From: Candidatus Roizmanbacteria bacterium
Lineage (GTDB): Bacteria > Patescibacteriota > Microgenomatia > UBA1406
Reading direction: 5' to 3'
Length of the DNA stretch: 64,000 bases
NCBI GenBank assembly: GCA_024654535.1
Contig: JANLHL010000007.1
Span: forward strand, 66,395 to 130,394
Part shown: piece after piece, positions 20,171-29,418 of the stretch
Layout: each line of letters begins with the position of its first letter
Numbering within the stretch: position 1 is the first letter of the stretch
Translations under genes and position numbers: made by a program
The notes under the pieces: model-generated
The model's database searches: none
Seen by the model: the letters and a program-made list of their open reading frames with translations, nothing else
What the model was told of the DNA's origin: nothing

Positions 20171-21792
20171 TGTTGCACTCCACAGCATAACTCATAATAT
20201 ATCCTCGCTTTTTCTTTATTCCCAACAAACTCATATCCTCGAGCCACTGCGTAGAGTGCGGTTTGATTACCTTCACCCATTTTTTCTAACTTTGGTAACA
20301 CAATAGTCAACCTTTTGCGGTTATTTGTACGTATATACATATCAACAAGCGCCTGATAAGAAAAATGAAAACTCTTTTGTGTTTCTATTGCTTTCACATA
20401 GTACCTTTCCGCTTGCACATAGTTCTGTTTTGATACGTATGCATTTGCAAGATTGTGGTATATATTTGGGACAACATCACCAAACGTAATAATCTTCTTA
20501 TATTCAGCTATCGCCCTATCTATCTCATGAACATCCGCGTATGCCATAGCAAGTCCATTTCGTATCCGTATACTACTCGGAGCGTATGAGAGCGTTTGAG
20601 AATAAAACCGAATTGGAGACGTCCAGACTAACTGCCGTTGCACGTTTACTATCACGAGTATGCACATATAAAGACTGAGTAATACTATGGTCGTTCTTTT
20701 CGGAAATACAAATAATAAGCCACTGACGAACAATAGAAAGAAAAACAGAAGAGCAAAATAGAGGTAGTGCTCATAAAAGATACCATTGAGTAAAATTATC
20801 CCAGAATAGAACGCCATACATGCTGAAAAAATAAGATAGCCAAGTATCCATATTCTCCCAACATGTTCTTTAACTCGGAACAATCGTACACAACAAAATA
20901 CAACGGCCATTTGGAATAGTAAAAAAAATACCGTCCACCACGTGAAAAATGATTGTACTATGGGGGTTGTCAAATCCCGCTCCATATGCAGGCCGTACGG
21001 AAATAGCATGAGACGTATATACGTGAAATATGAACGAAAAAAAGTACTCACCCGAACGACTACGCTTGTCGCATATGTTGTATTGCCCCAAACAATACTC
21101 GAAGATTGGAATTCGAGAATAGTAAACCTAAAAATGAGATACATTGACGCAATAAGTACATAGGGAATTATTTTTTTGATACTAATAAGTATGTTTTTAG
21201 TCTGCAACCATAAACTAGCAGGTAATAACACAATCCCAACCAATGCCGTTTCTTTTGAAATCAACGCCAACGTGAAAAAAACCATACTGAGCCACATGTC
21301 TTTCGTCTTTTTTTTTAAAAAAAATAACACTGACAGACCTAAAAATAGCACATACAGCATATCCGATCGGCCGCTTATATATGACACTGCTTCCGTTTGG
21401 ATTGGATGGATGACAAAAAAAAGAACGGTAAAAAGCGCAACAATATAGGGGACACCTACCTCTAGTAACACTAGGTAGAGTATTATTCCTACAGATGCAT
21501 GGAGTATGTTGTTATCGAGGTGATACAAAAAAGGGCTTTGGCCAACAAGTTTATACTCGAGGGCGTAAGTGATCTCTTGAATCGGTCGGTAGTAATTCGA
21601 TTGTTTTCCACCACGTCCCGAAATAGCATTTTCTGTAAAAAATTTACTTATTTGAAATTGTTGTACATAGGTGTTTGCATATACAAAATCTTCATCATCC
21701 CACACAAACTTTCCAAAAAGACTAGGAATATATACGACAAAAGCAATTACAAATATACATAACAATGTATGGTCACGAATCCATGCTCTCAT
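20167..21792 (-). CDS. polytopic membrane protein with C-terminal TPR repeats (PMT_2/TMTC-like putative glycosyltransferase)
   Basis: N-terminal FVWDDEDFVYANTYV motif, about 10 TM helices, and C-terminal TPR-like AxxYxxA repeats. Start chosen at ATG 21792, 6 nt after TATCAT. Confidence 0.65.
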   Translation of the reverse strand: MRAWIRDHTLLCIFVIAFVVYIPSLFGKFVWDDEDFVYANTYVQQFQISKFFTENAISGRGGKQSNYYRPIQEITYALEYKLVGQSPFLYHLDNNILHASVGIILYLVLLEVGVPYIVALFTVLFFVIHPIQTEAVSYISGRSDMLYVLFLGLSVLFFLKKKTKDMWLSMVFFTLALISKETALVGIVLLPASLWLQTKNILISIKKIIPYVLIASMYLIFRFTILEFQSSSIVWGNTTYATSVVVRVSTFFRSYFTYIRLMLFPYGLHMERDLTTPIVQSFFTWWTVFFLLFQMAVVFCCVRLFRVKEHVGRIWILGYLIFSACMAFYSGIILLNGIFYEHYLYFALLFFFLLFVSGLLFVFPKRTTIVLLSLYMCILVIVNVQRQLVWTSPIRFYSQTLSYAPSSIRIRNGLAMAYADVHEIDRAIAEYKKIITFGDVVPNIYHNLANAYVSKQNYVQAERYYVKAIETQKSFHFSYQALVDMYIRTNNRKRLTIVLPKLEKMGEGNQTALYAVARGYEFVGNKEKARIYYELCCGVQQ

Positions 21793-21836
21793 ACACATAT
21801 GATAACAATAATTACCCGCACAACGCATAGCCCAAT

Positions 21837-21855
21837 TTTTTCAGCCATTTTTCAG
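21837..21855 (+). promoter_or_regulatory. direct repeat TTTTTCAG-N3-TTTTTCAG (11-bp period) over the -35 region of the response-regulator gene
   Basis: Copies at 21837-21844 and 21848-21855. TATACT 21867-21872 lies 7 nt before ATG 21880. Confidence 0.35.
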
Positions 21856-21879
21856 ATATAACCGAGTATACTAGTACTT

Positions 21880-22560
21880 ATGCGCATACTTGTTGTGGAA
21901 GATGAACACCGTATTGCACGTACAATAGAAAAGGGATTAAAACAAGAAGGCTACGCAGTAGATCTGGCTTTTGATGGAACAACGGGTTTGGATTTGAGCG
22001 CAACCGAAGACTACGATGTTATTGTTTTGGACCGAATGATTCCACATATAGACGGGATTACCCTGTGTAAAACGCTTAGAAACGACTACCATATACACAC
22101 ACCTATTCTCATACTTACTGCAAAGGGTCAGATAGAAGATAAGGTATCAGGTCTTAATGCGGGAGCAGATGACTATTTGACAAAACCTTTCTCTTTTGAA
22201 GAACTAGTCGCTCGCATTCGCGCGCTATCGAGACGACCAAACGTGACAGAAAAACCAGTGTTAACTGTCGCAGATCTGGTACTTGACCCTGCCACATATT
22301 CTGTTCGTCGTGATAATCAATCCGTCACTCTTTCTAAAAAAGAATTTGCGCTACTTGAGTATCTCATGAAAAATGTGAATACAGTTTTGAAAAAAGAACA
22401 AATTATCGCCCATGTGTGGAATTATGAAGCGGATATTCTGCCAAACACAGTAGAAGTATATATTGCAAATTTAAGAAAAAAAATTGATAACGCTTTTCCA
22501 AAAAAGAAACCGCTCATACGCACTGTGTGGGGTTTCGGTTATAGACTAGGAGAAAAATAA
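21880..22560 (+). CDS. OmpR/PhoB-family response regulator
   Basis: Receiver domain (DVIVLDRMIPHIDG, LTAKG) plus a winged-helix C-terminus (VWGFGYRL). Confidence 0.9.
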   Translation: MRILVVEDEHRIARTIEKGLKQEGYAVDLAFDGTTGLDLSATEDYDVIVLDRMIPHIDGITLCKTLRNDYHIHTPILILTAKGQIEDKVSGLNAGADDYLTKPFSFEELVARIRALSRRPNVTEKPVLTVADLVLDPATYSVRRDNQSVTLSKKEFALLEYLMKNVNTVLKKEQIIAHVWNYEADILPNTVEVYIANLRKKIDNAFPKKKPLIRTVWGFGYRLGEK

Positions 22561-22561
22561 T

Positions 22562-23599
22562 ATGTTTCATAAAACACGGCTTAAACTTACTGCATTGTAC
22601 ATACTCACAACACTTCTTATTAGTGTCACGTTTAGTATTGGTCTTTATTCTATGATGGTCCGCGAAGTGACACGTTTTGACAAAGCACAACGCTTTCGAA
22701 TTGAACGTCAGATAGTAGGCACGGCGCCTTCCCATCCGTTGCCTGAGACATCAGAACTAATCGAAGAATCGAAGGGTCGTATTGTCATTTTTCTTATTAT
22801 CATTAATGCCACAGTCGTACTACTCGCTGGAGGGTGTGGATATTTCTTAGCAGGCCGTTCGCTAGAGCCCATTGAGGAAATGGTCAGGGAACAAAACCGA
22901 TTTATTAGTGATGCTTCGCATGAACTCAGAACTCCTATTACGGCTCTTAAGTCTGCCTTTGAAGTATATAGACGAAGCAAAAAAAAGACTCAGAAAGAAG
23001 CGAGCGCGATTATCGACGACAGTCTTCTGGAAGTTGACGCACTCCAGAATCTTACTGAGTCGCTTCTTGAATTAGTCCAATATAACAAACCAAATAAAAC
23101 TACGCAAATGGGCAGACTAGATCTTGTTGATATCTTCAAAGACGCACTACGACGAGTTAAACCTCTTGCCCAAAAAAGTCAGATTAAAATTAAGACAGAC
23201 ATTACTCCAGTAACCGTACAAGGGAATGGGCAGGCACTTAAAGACCTCGTCGTTATTTTATTGGACAACGCAATTAAATATAGTTCGCAAAAAACCACTA
23301 TCACAATTCATGTGAAAAAAGTTCAAAATAACGCAGTTATGTCCATTTCAGATAGAGGGATTGGTATGGATCAAAACGATTTACCGCATATATTTGAGCG
23401 CTTCTATCGTGCTGATACAGCTCGTACAAAGAGAAATACAGAAGGCTACGGATTGGGTCTTGCTATTGCAAGTGAAATTGTTCAAACACACAACGGTACA
23501 ATACAAGTAAGTAGCGAGATTAAGAAAGGAACAACATTTACCGTCACTATTCCGTGTATTCAAACAACTATGAGAAAAAAGTCTAATATTTTCAGCTAG
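22562..23599 (+). CDS. sensor histidine kinase (HisKA + HATPase_c)
   Basis: Two N-terminal TM helices, H-box SHELRTPIT, N-box DNAIKYS, G-boxes DRGIGM and GYGLGLAI. Confidence 0.9.
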   Translation: MFHKTRLKLTALYILTTLLISVTFSIGLYSMMVREVTRFDKAQRFRIERQIVGTAPSHPLPETSELIEESKGRIVIFLIIINATVVLLAGGCGYFLAGRSLEPIEEMVREQNRFISDASHELRTPITALKSAFEVYRRSKKKTQKEASAIIDDSLLEVDALQNLTESLLELVQYNKPNKTTQMGRLDLVDIFKDALRRVKPLAQKSQIKIKTDITPVTVQGNGQALKDLVVILLDNAIKYSSQKTTITIHVKKVQNNAVMSISDRGIGMDQNDLPHIFERFYRADTARTKRNTEGYGLGLAIASEIVQTHNGTIQVSSEIKKGTTFTVTIPCIQTTMRKKSNIFS

Positions 23600-23629
23600 T
23601 CTTCAGCTTTAATAGTAATACTATATAGA

Positions 23630-24961
23630 ATGAAATTAATACCTTTACTTCGGTCTAAACTGACTGTTACTGCACAAAAAATACTAAAGTTACCACGTAT
23701 TGCGCTTTTCATAGCAGCACTTATAATGATCGGTGCTGGATGGTTATTCTATAGCAAGGTTTTGAATAGTAAATCGACTGCCCCTACGTATCAAACCGCC
23801 ATTGCAGAAAAAGGGACACTTGTTGTATCGACAAGCGCTTCTGGACAAGTGTCGACAGATAATACAAAATCTATCAGCACCTCTGTTTCTGGTGTTGTCA
23901 AAGATGTCAAAGTAAAGAATGGTGATCTGGTTAGCCAAGGTGACCCCTTGGTAGAAATTGAACTCGATCAGCCGTCGCAACAAAATTATCTTCAGGCACT
24001 CTCCTCATATCAAGGAGCAAAGAATAGTTTGGATTCTGCTCAAAATCAAGCATATAAACTGCAAGCAGATATGTTTAGCCAGTGGGATACATTTCGAGAC
24101 TTGGCTACCAATTCAACATACCAAAATTCAGATGGATCAACCAACGATGTTAATCGTGCGTTACCAGAGTTTCACATAGCTCAAAATAACTGGCTTGCGT
24201 CTGAAGCCGCATATAAAAATCAAACGAAAGTAATTGCACAATCTCAGACATCTCTCGCAAGTAGTTCTCTCGCTCTGCAAGAATCATCTCCTACCATTTA
24301 CGCTCCTATTTCTGGAACTGTTTCAGGGCTTTCTCTGCAGAAAGGTACCGTTTTATCTGCAAATACTTCAGGGTCTACAAGCGGAACTACTTCATCTCGG
24401 GTTGTGGCATCAATCAAAACCGATGCACATCCTACTATATCTGTTAACCTTACAGAAATAGATGTTCCACATGTCAAACCAGGAAATAAAGTGACTATTA
24501 CAATCGACTCCATTCCCGATAAATCGTACACCGGAACAGTAATAAGCGTCGACACAGTCGGCGGCATAACGTCGGGAGTAACAGCATATCCTGCGGTTAT
24601 TCAATTCGATGACGCACCAAGTGATATTTATCCCAATATGTCTGCTCAAGTAAGTATCATAACCAATACAAAAGACAATGTTCTACTTATCCCCGCGTCT
24701 GCTGTACAGAATACAAACGGCCAATCATATATTCAGATACTCAAAAACGGGTCACCAACCCAAATAGATGTTGAAATTGGAGCCTCTTCCGATACCCAAA
24801 CTGAAATAGTGTCAGGCCTTACTGGAGGAGAGGAAGTTATCACGAGTACCATCTCTACAAGTAATTCAACACAACAAACAGGTGGACAAGCTTCACCCTT
24901 TAGTAGTTTCGGCGGGACGCGAGGCGGGAGTGGGTTCAGTGGACAAATTCGTACGAGATAG
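23630..24961 (+). CDS. HlyD/MacA-like periplasmic adaptor subunit of an efflux system
   Basis: N-terminal anchor, lipoyl-like hairpin (VKVKNGDLVSQGDPLVEIE), a coiled-coil segment and beta-barrel repeats. Confidence 0.75.
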   Translation: MKLIPLLRSKLTVTAQKILKLPRIALFIAALIMIGAGWLFYSKVLNSKSTAPTYQTAIAEKGTLVVSTSASGQVSTDNTKSISTSVSGVVKDVKVKNGDLVSQGDPLVEIELDQPSQQNYLQALSSYQGAKNSLDSAQNQAYKLQADMFSQWDTFRDLATNSTYQNSDGSTNDVNRALPEFHIAQNNWLASEAAYKNQTKVIAQSQTSLASSSLALQESSPTIYAPISGTVSGLSLQKGTVLSANTSGSTSGTTSSRVVASIKTDAHPTISVNLTEIDVPHVKPGNKVTITIDSIPDKSYTGTVISVDTVGGITSGVTAYPAVIQFDDAPSDIYPNMSAQVSIITNTKDNVLLIPASAVQNTNGQSYIQILKNGSPTQIDVEIGASSDTQTEIVSGLTGGEEVITSTISTSNSTQQTGGQASPFSSFGGTRGGSGFSGQIRTR

Positions 24962-24966
24962 TTTGC

Positions 24967-25671
24967 ATGATACAAATAAATCATGTTTCTAAAATTTACA
25001 CGATAGGTTCACTAACAACAACTGCGCTTTCCGATATTTCATTCGAGGTTAAGAAGGGTGAATTTGTTGCTATCATGGGCCCTTCTGGAAGCGGAAAATC
25101 GACGCTCATGCATATTCTTGGAGCCCTTGACCTGCCGACAAGTGGCGACTATATACTGGACAAAGAAAAAGTATCCACGCTTACTGATAATGAACTTGCA
25201 CGTATCAGAAATACAAAAATAGGGTTCGTATTCCAATCGTTTAATTTACTTCCTCGAACAAGTGCATTAAAAAATGTCATGTTACCCATGATGTATGCCG
25301 GAGTGTCGCCAGAGATTAGAAAAGAGAAAGCACAAAAATATCTAACAATGGTAGGGTTAGCTGACCGAATGAATCATTTATCAAATCAACTGTCTGGAGG
25401 ACAACAACAGCGCGTTGCCATAGCTCGTGCGCTATCTATGGATCCTTCCATACTCCTAGCAGATGAGCCGACAGGAAATATTGCTACCAATCAAGCAGAA
25501 GAGATAATGGCTATCTTCCAAAAACTGAATGATGACGGCCATACGGTAGTTATGATAACGCATGAGCCAGACATCGCTACACATGCCAAACGAGTCATAT
25601 ATATTCGTGACGGAAAAATAACACAAGACAAAAGAAATAAACATCAAGTACGAGTAGCAATTAAAAACTAA
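24967..25671 (+). CDS. ABC transporter ATP-binding protein (MacB/LolD/FtsE-like)
   Basis: Walker [10 protein letters not shown], signature [15 protein letters not shown], Walker [11 protein letters not shown]. Confidence 0.9.
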   Translation: MIQINHVSKIYTIGSLTTTALSDISFEVKKGEFVAIMGPSGSGKSTLMHILGALDLPTSGDYILDKEKVSTLTDNELARIRNTKIGFVFQSFNLLPRTSALKNVMLPMMYAGVSPEIRKEKAQKYLTMVGLADRMNHLSNQLSGGQQQRVAIARALSMDPSILLADEPTGNIATNQAEEIMAIFQKLNDDGHTVVMITHEPDIATHAKRVIYIRDGKITQDKRNKHQVRVAIKN

Positions 25672-25672
25672 C

Positions 25673-26896
25673 ATGGAAATACTAGAACTCATCACCGAAG
25701 CAATTGGTACACTTACCCGCAATAAAATGCGCACCAGTCTTGCCATTTTAGGGATTGTTATTGGGATTGGGAGTGTTATTTCGCTTATTTCTCTGGGACA
25801 ATCAAGTCAAAAATCTATAGAAAATCAAATCCAATCTCTCGGTGCAAATTTACTTACTGTCATTCCAAGTGGACAAAATAGCGGAGCAGTACGAGGTGCA
25901 CAAGGTGGTGGCACAACTCTTACACTAACAGACGCCGAGGCCCTGATGAACGATACTTCTATCACGTCTATCCAAAGCGCATCTCCTGAATACTCAAAAC
26001 GCGCACAAGTAACAGCGGGGAAAAATAATACCAATACACAAATTGTCGGCGTCTACCCACAGTACGCGACTATCAGAAAAATTGCACTTACTACCGGAAC
26101 TTTCATTACTGATCGCGATGTCAGCGCACTTTCAAAAGTGGCTGTACTCGGAGCCACTACTGCTACCGATTTGTTCCCAACGGAAACTAACCCAATTGGA
26201 CAAAGCGTGCGAGTCAATGGTCAAGTGTTACGTGTCGTAGGTGTTGCATCGCCCAAGGGAGGTACGGGGTTTAACAATCCAGATGACGCTATTTATGTAC
26301 CACTCTCCACTGCACAAAAACAGCTGTTTGGGGTTGATTATTTATCCACCATTGCGGTAGAAGCAACTGATGCAAACAAAATGACACAGGCACAAAATGA
26401 TATAGGCTATTTTCTTCTTGCACGACACAAACTGCGCGATCCATCACAGGCAGATTTTGTCATTTTTTCTCAAAACGACATACTGAACACCGCAACACAA
26501 GTGACCGGCACCTTTACCACATTGCTTGGTGGCATAGCTGCAATATCACTTGTTGTTGGTGGTATCGGCATTATGAATATAATGCTTGTCACCGTCACTG
26601 AGCGAACACGTGAAATTGGGCTTAGAAAGGCGCTTGGAGCTACAAAAAGCATTATTACACTGCAGTTTCTTATAGAAGCTATACTCTTGACGATAATCGG
26701 TGGTGTAGTTGGAATACTGTTGGGAATTACAGTGTCTTACTTTTTATCACGAAGTATGCAGTTGCCGTTTGCGATTTCTATTTCCTCCATAGTCCTTGCT
26801 ATGAGTGTGTCTGGCGGAATAGGTATTTTGTTCGGATGGTACCCAGCAAAAAAAGCAGCAGGATTACAGCCGATTGACGCGTTGCGATATGAATAA
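25673..26896 (+). CDS. ABC transporter permease, MacB/FtsX family
   Basis: One N-terminal TM, a large periplasmic domain, then a C-terminal three-TM FtsX-like block (TERTREIGLRKALGA). Confidence 0.85.
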   Translation: MEILELITEAIGTLTRNKMRTSLAILGIVIGIGSVISLISLGQSSQKSIENQIQSLGANLLTVIPSGQNSGAVRGAQGGGTTLTLTDAEALMNDTSITSIQSASPEYSKRAQVTAGKNNTNTQIVGVYPQYATIRKIALTTGTFITDRDVSALSKVAVLGATTATDLFPTETNPIGQSVRVNGQVLRVVGVASPKGGTGFNNPDDAIYVPLSTAQKQLFGVDYLSTIAVEATDANKMTQAQNDIGYFLLARHKLRDPSQADFVIFSQNDILNTATQVTGTFTTLLGGIAAISLVVGGIGIMNIMLVTVTERTREIGLRKALGATKSIITLQFLIEAILLTIIGGVVGILLGITVSYFLSRSMQLPFAISISSIVLAMSVSGGIGILFGWYPAKKAAGLQPIDALRYE

Positions 26897-26924
26897 TAGT
26901 TATATTTGAAAGGAGATGAAACAT

Positions 26925-27371
26925 ATGAAACAAAATACAACCATACTTATTGCCCTTTTAACTCTTATTATTGGCGGAGGTATAGGATTTTACGGTGGCA
27001 TTATGTATCAGAAAAATCAAAGATCCACGCTTACACGACAATTTGCAGCCAACGGTGGAACGCGGGAAGGAAATGCCCCAGGTAACTTTGGGGGACAAAA
27101 CAGGGCAGGATTTCGACCAGTTTCTGGTGAAATTACCAGTATAGATAATACGTCTATGACGGTAAAAATGAATGACGGTAGTAGTAAGATTGTAATCTTG
27201 TCGACGACAACGACAGTCAACAAAGCGCAAGACGTAGGAAAAGACGCACTTAAGAAGGGAATTACAGTTGCAGTCTTTGGTACACAAAACGCAGATGGCA
27301 GCGTGACAGCACAGAGTATCCAGCTCAACCCACAGGTTCGAGCTATGCCACAGGTAAGTCCGGCACGATAA
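26925..27371 (+). CDS. small membrane-anchored/secreted protein, DUF5666-like
   Basis: N-terminal TM, Gly-rich linker, and a beta-rich domain (ITSIDNTSMTVKMNDGSSKIVI...VAVFGTQNADGSVTAQSIQL). Start set at ATG 26925, 9 nt after GGAG. Confidence 0.6.
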   Translation: MKQNTTILIALLTLIIGGGIGFYGGIMYQKNQRSTLTRQFAANGGTREGNAPGNFGGQNRAGFRPVSGEITSIDNTSMTVKMNDGSSKIVILSTTTTVNKAQDVGKDALKKGITVAVFGTQNADGSVTAQSIQLNPQVRAMPQVSPAR

Positions 27372-27448
27372 ATGGAAATTCGTTCCTAAATATTAGGGGT
27401 GCCGCGTTTAATTGGGTAGGCGCGGTACCTCGTTAAGGTCTCTGTGTT

Positions 27449-27760
27449 CTACTTTTTCTTATCCAATTTATCCAAACCCAAGCCCTTTACCCCAAAATAG
27501 ACGACGAGTGCTATAACAATAAAATCTATGAGAACACTTGCAAAATTACCCCACAATATTTTAACCGAACCTATTTTCAAATAGTAAGAAGATAAATTGC
27601 CCGTTGCACCTAAAATTACCCCCAAGACTGGATTGATAATATCTTTTACTAAAGATGCAACTACTTTTGATACAGCGCCACCCAAAATAAAACCCACTGC
27701 CAGGCCAACAACACCACGTTCCCTAATAAATTCCATAAAGCCGGTTAAATGATTTTTCAT
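27449..27760 (-). CDS. mscL: large-conductance mechanosensitive channel MscL
   Basis: FIRERGVVGLAVGFILGGAVSKVVASLVKDIINP is the canonical MscL TM1 region. The 103-aa size fits. Confidence 0.9.
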   Translation of the reverse strand: MKNHLTGFMEFIRERGVVGLAVGFILGGAVSKVVASLVKDIINPVLGVILGATGNLSSYYLKIGSVKILWGNFASVLIDFIVIALVVYFGVKGLGLDKLDKKK

Positions 27761-27805
27761 GATTTTATTTTCTCACCTCAAAAAAAATAAAACAAAAGTT
27801 TTTTG

Positions 27806-27876
27806 CTGCCCAGCAGGGATTCGAACCCCGATAAACGGATTCAGAGTCCGTTGTCCTACCATTAGACGACCGGGCA
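27806..27876 (-). tRNA. tRNA-Gln (anticodon CUG)
   Basis: Hand-built cloverleaf: acceptor TGCCCGG/CTGGGCA with U1:A72, anticodon loop CTCTGAA, T-loop GGTTCGAATCC. CCA is not encoded. Confidence 0.9.
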
Positions 27877-27915
27877 AGTGTGGGTATATTGTAACATACA
27901 GAAGGTGGAGATTTG

Positions 27916-28797
27916 CTAAGGGAACGGGTTCCTACTTCCGCTATCTTTTTGAAATTCTTTGTGAAAAATGACCATATCGAGCAATAAATGCATGTCGTAT
28001 TTTTTTATTAATTTTTGAACAAGTGCATCAAGCTCTTTTCGATATTCTTTTTTCTGTGACATATAAAATGTTTCGACTATTTTTTTGTCAGCCCCTTTCA
28101 TTTCTGAAAACAGGCGATTTTTAATATACGCCGACAAATTTAAATGCTCAACAAATAACTGTTTTGTTCCCACATCAGACAGTCGTTTAAATATTTTTTC
28201 CAACTCTTCTGTCTGCGCTACAAAATGGGGTAAAAGTGGTCCAATAAACGCATACGTACGAATACCATTTTTATTCAATTCTTCAAGTGTCTTAAAACGA
28301 TCGGTCACTTTCGGCGCATACTTTTCAAAATACCTTGAAATACCGTCATCTGTAGACGTAACAGTCATCCCAACGATTGCATGTTTTATTTTCTTCAAGA
28401 CATCAATGTCACGTGATACTAACGGAGACTTTGTAAGAATAGACACTGTCCCTTCGAATGGCAAATCTGCCAATACTTCTAAACATTGGCGGGTAAGCTT
28501 ATACCGCGCCTCCGAAGCTTGGTATGGATCGGTAACTGAACTTAAAAAAAGTTCTTTCCCCAAACCTTTATTCGGCAATTTTCGAATTTCCTTTTTCAAA
28601 AGATCTGGCGCATTAATTTTGACATACACATATTGACCCCAATCATTCACTGTTTTTCCAACAAATCGCCCCATAAAGCTTGCGTAGCAATAGGTACAAC
28701 CAAATTTGCACCCTACATATGGATTTATCACATAATCTATACCAGGAATACCGCATTTGGATAGAATTGTTTTTGCTGAAATTTCTTTAAACTCCAT
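27916..28797 (-). CDS. radical SAM protein, SplB/COG1533-like (DNA photolyase-like family)
   Basis: CKFGCTYCYA CxxxCxxC cluster near the N-terminus. Start at ATG 28797, 6 nt after TATACT (28804-28809). Confidence 0.7.
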   Translation of the reverse strand: MEFKEISAKTILSKCGIPGIDYVINPYVGCKFGCTYCYASFMGRFVGKTVNDWGQYVYVKINAPDLLKKEIRKLPNKGLGKELFLSSVTDPYQASEARYKLTRQCLEVLADLPFEGTVSILTKSPLVSRDIDVLKKIKHAIVGMTVTSTDDGISRYFEKYAPKVTDRFKTLEELNKNGIRTYAFIGPLLPHFVAQTEELEKIFKRLSDVGTKQLFVEHLNLSAYIKNRLFSEMKGADKKIVETFYMSQKKEYRKELDALVQKLIKKYDMHLLLDMVIFHKEFQKDSGSRNPFP

Positions 28798-28826
28798 GGG
28801 TATAGTATAATCTCTGCACAGCATCT

Positions 28827-29417
28827 ATGTTGAAGCATATTCAATTACTCAAACGTTTAATAGTATGCGGCACGTATGCGCTGTGGGTATTGGTGCTGTT
28901 CTCTATTGTCAAGCCAACTTTACCGTGGAGTGAGCTCGGAGAACTTATGGGAGAAGCGGCGATAGGCATGCTCGTTATCGTTACGCTCCCCGGGATTCTC
29001 AAACGATTTGAAGTGACAGGCGTCTACAAACAAATACAACTTTTGCTTATGAGTGTCCGCCGTCAAACAGGGGACCTTATGTTTACCTTTGCTGTAGCTC
29101 ATGCAGTGTGGGTGCGTATCCTACTCTATATACGATTTGGTTTACCTGATCCCGCGAGTATTCCTTTGTTCCAAATATTTGGAACGCTCACCTTACTTTT
29201 ACTTTTCCCGCTTTTTCTTACCTCAAACAATTTCTCTGTTCGACTTTTAAAAAAGAATTGGCAACGAATACACTATCTTGTTTATATCGCTGTTTGGTTT
29301 GCTGCTCTGCATACGTTACTGGGTATAGAAGGTCAGATTTGGGGAATATTGGCAGTAGGTATAGGAGTAGCACAAATTGCTTCATGGATGAACGTATACA
29401 AAAAACACCGTACTTAA
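28827..29417 (+). CDS. membrane protein with ferric-reductase/MsrQ(YedZ)-like heme-binding TM domain (tentative)
   Basis: Six TM helices with conserved His positions (FAVAHAVW; WQRIHYLVYIAVWFAALH). Confidence 0.5.
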   Translation: MLKHIQLLKRLIVCGTYALWVLVLFSIVKPTLPWSELGELMGEAAIGMLVIVTLPGILKRFEVTGVYKQIQLLLMSVRRQTGDLMFTFAVAHAVWVRILLYIRFGLPDPASIPLFQIFGTLTLLLLFPLFLTSNNFSVRLLKKNWQRIHYLVYIAVWFAALHTLLGIEGQIWGILAVGIGVAQIASWMNVYKKHRT

Positions 29418-29418
29418 A

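Noticed and set aside
27398-27429. Hairpin GGTGCCGCG-N14-CGCGGTACC between the convergent DUF5666-like and mscL genes, considered as a bidirectional terminator.
   Set aside because: It has a 14-nt loop, one G:U pair and no flanking U-tract on either strand. It is too weak to call.
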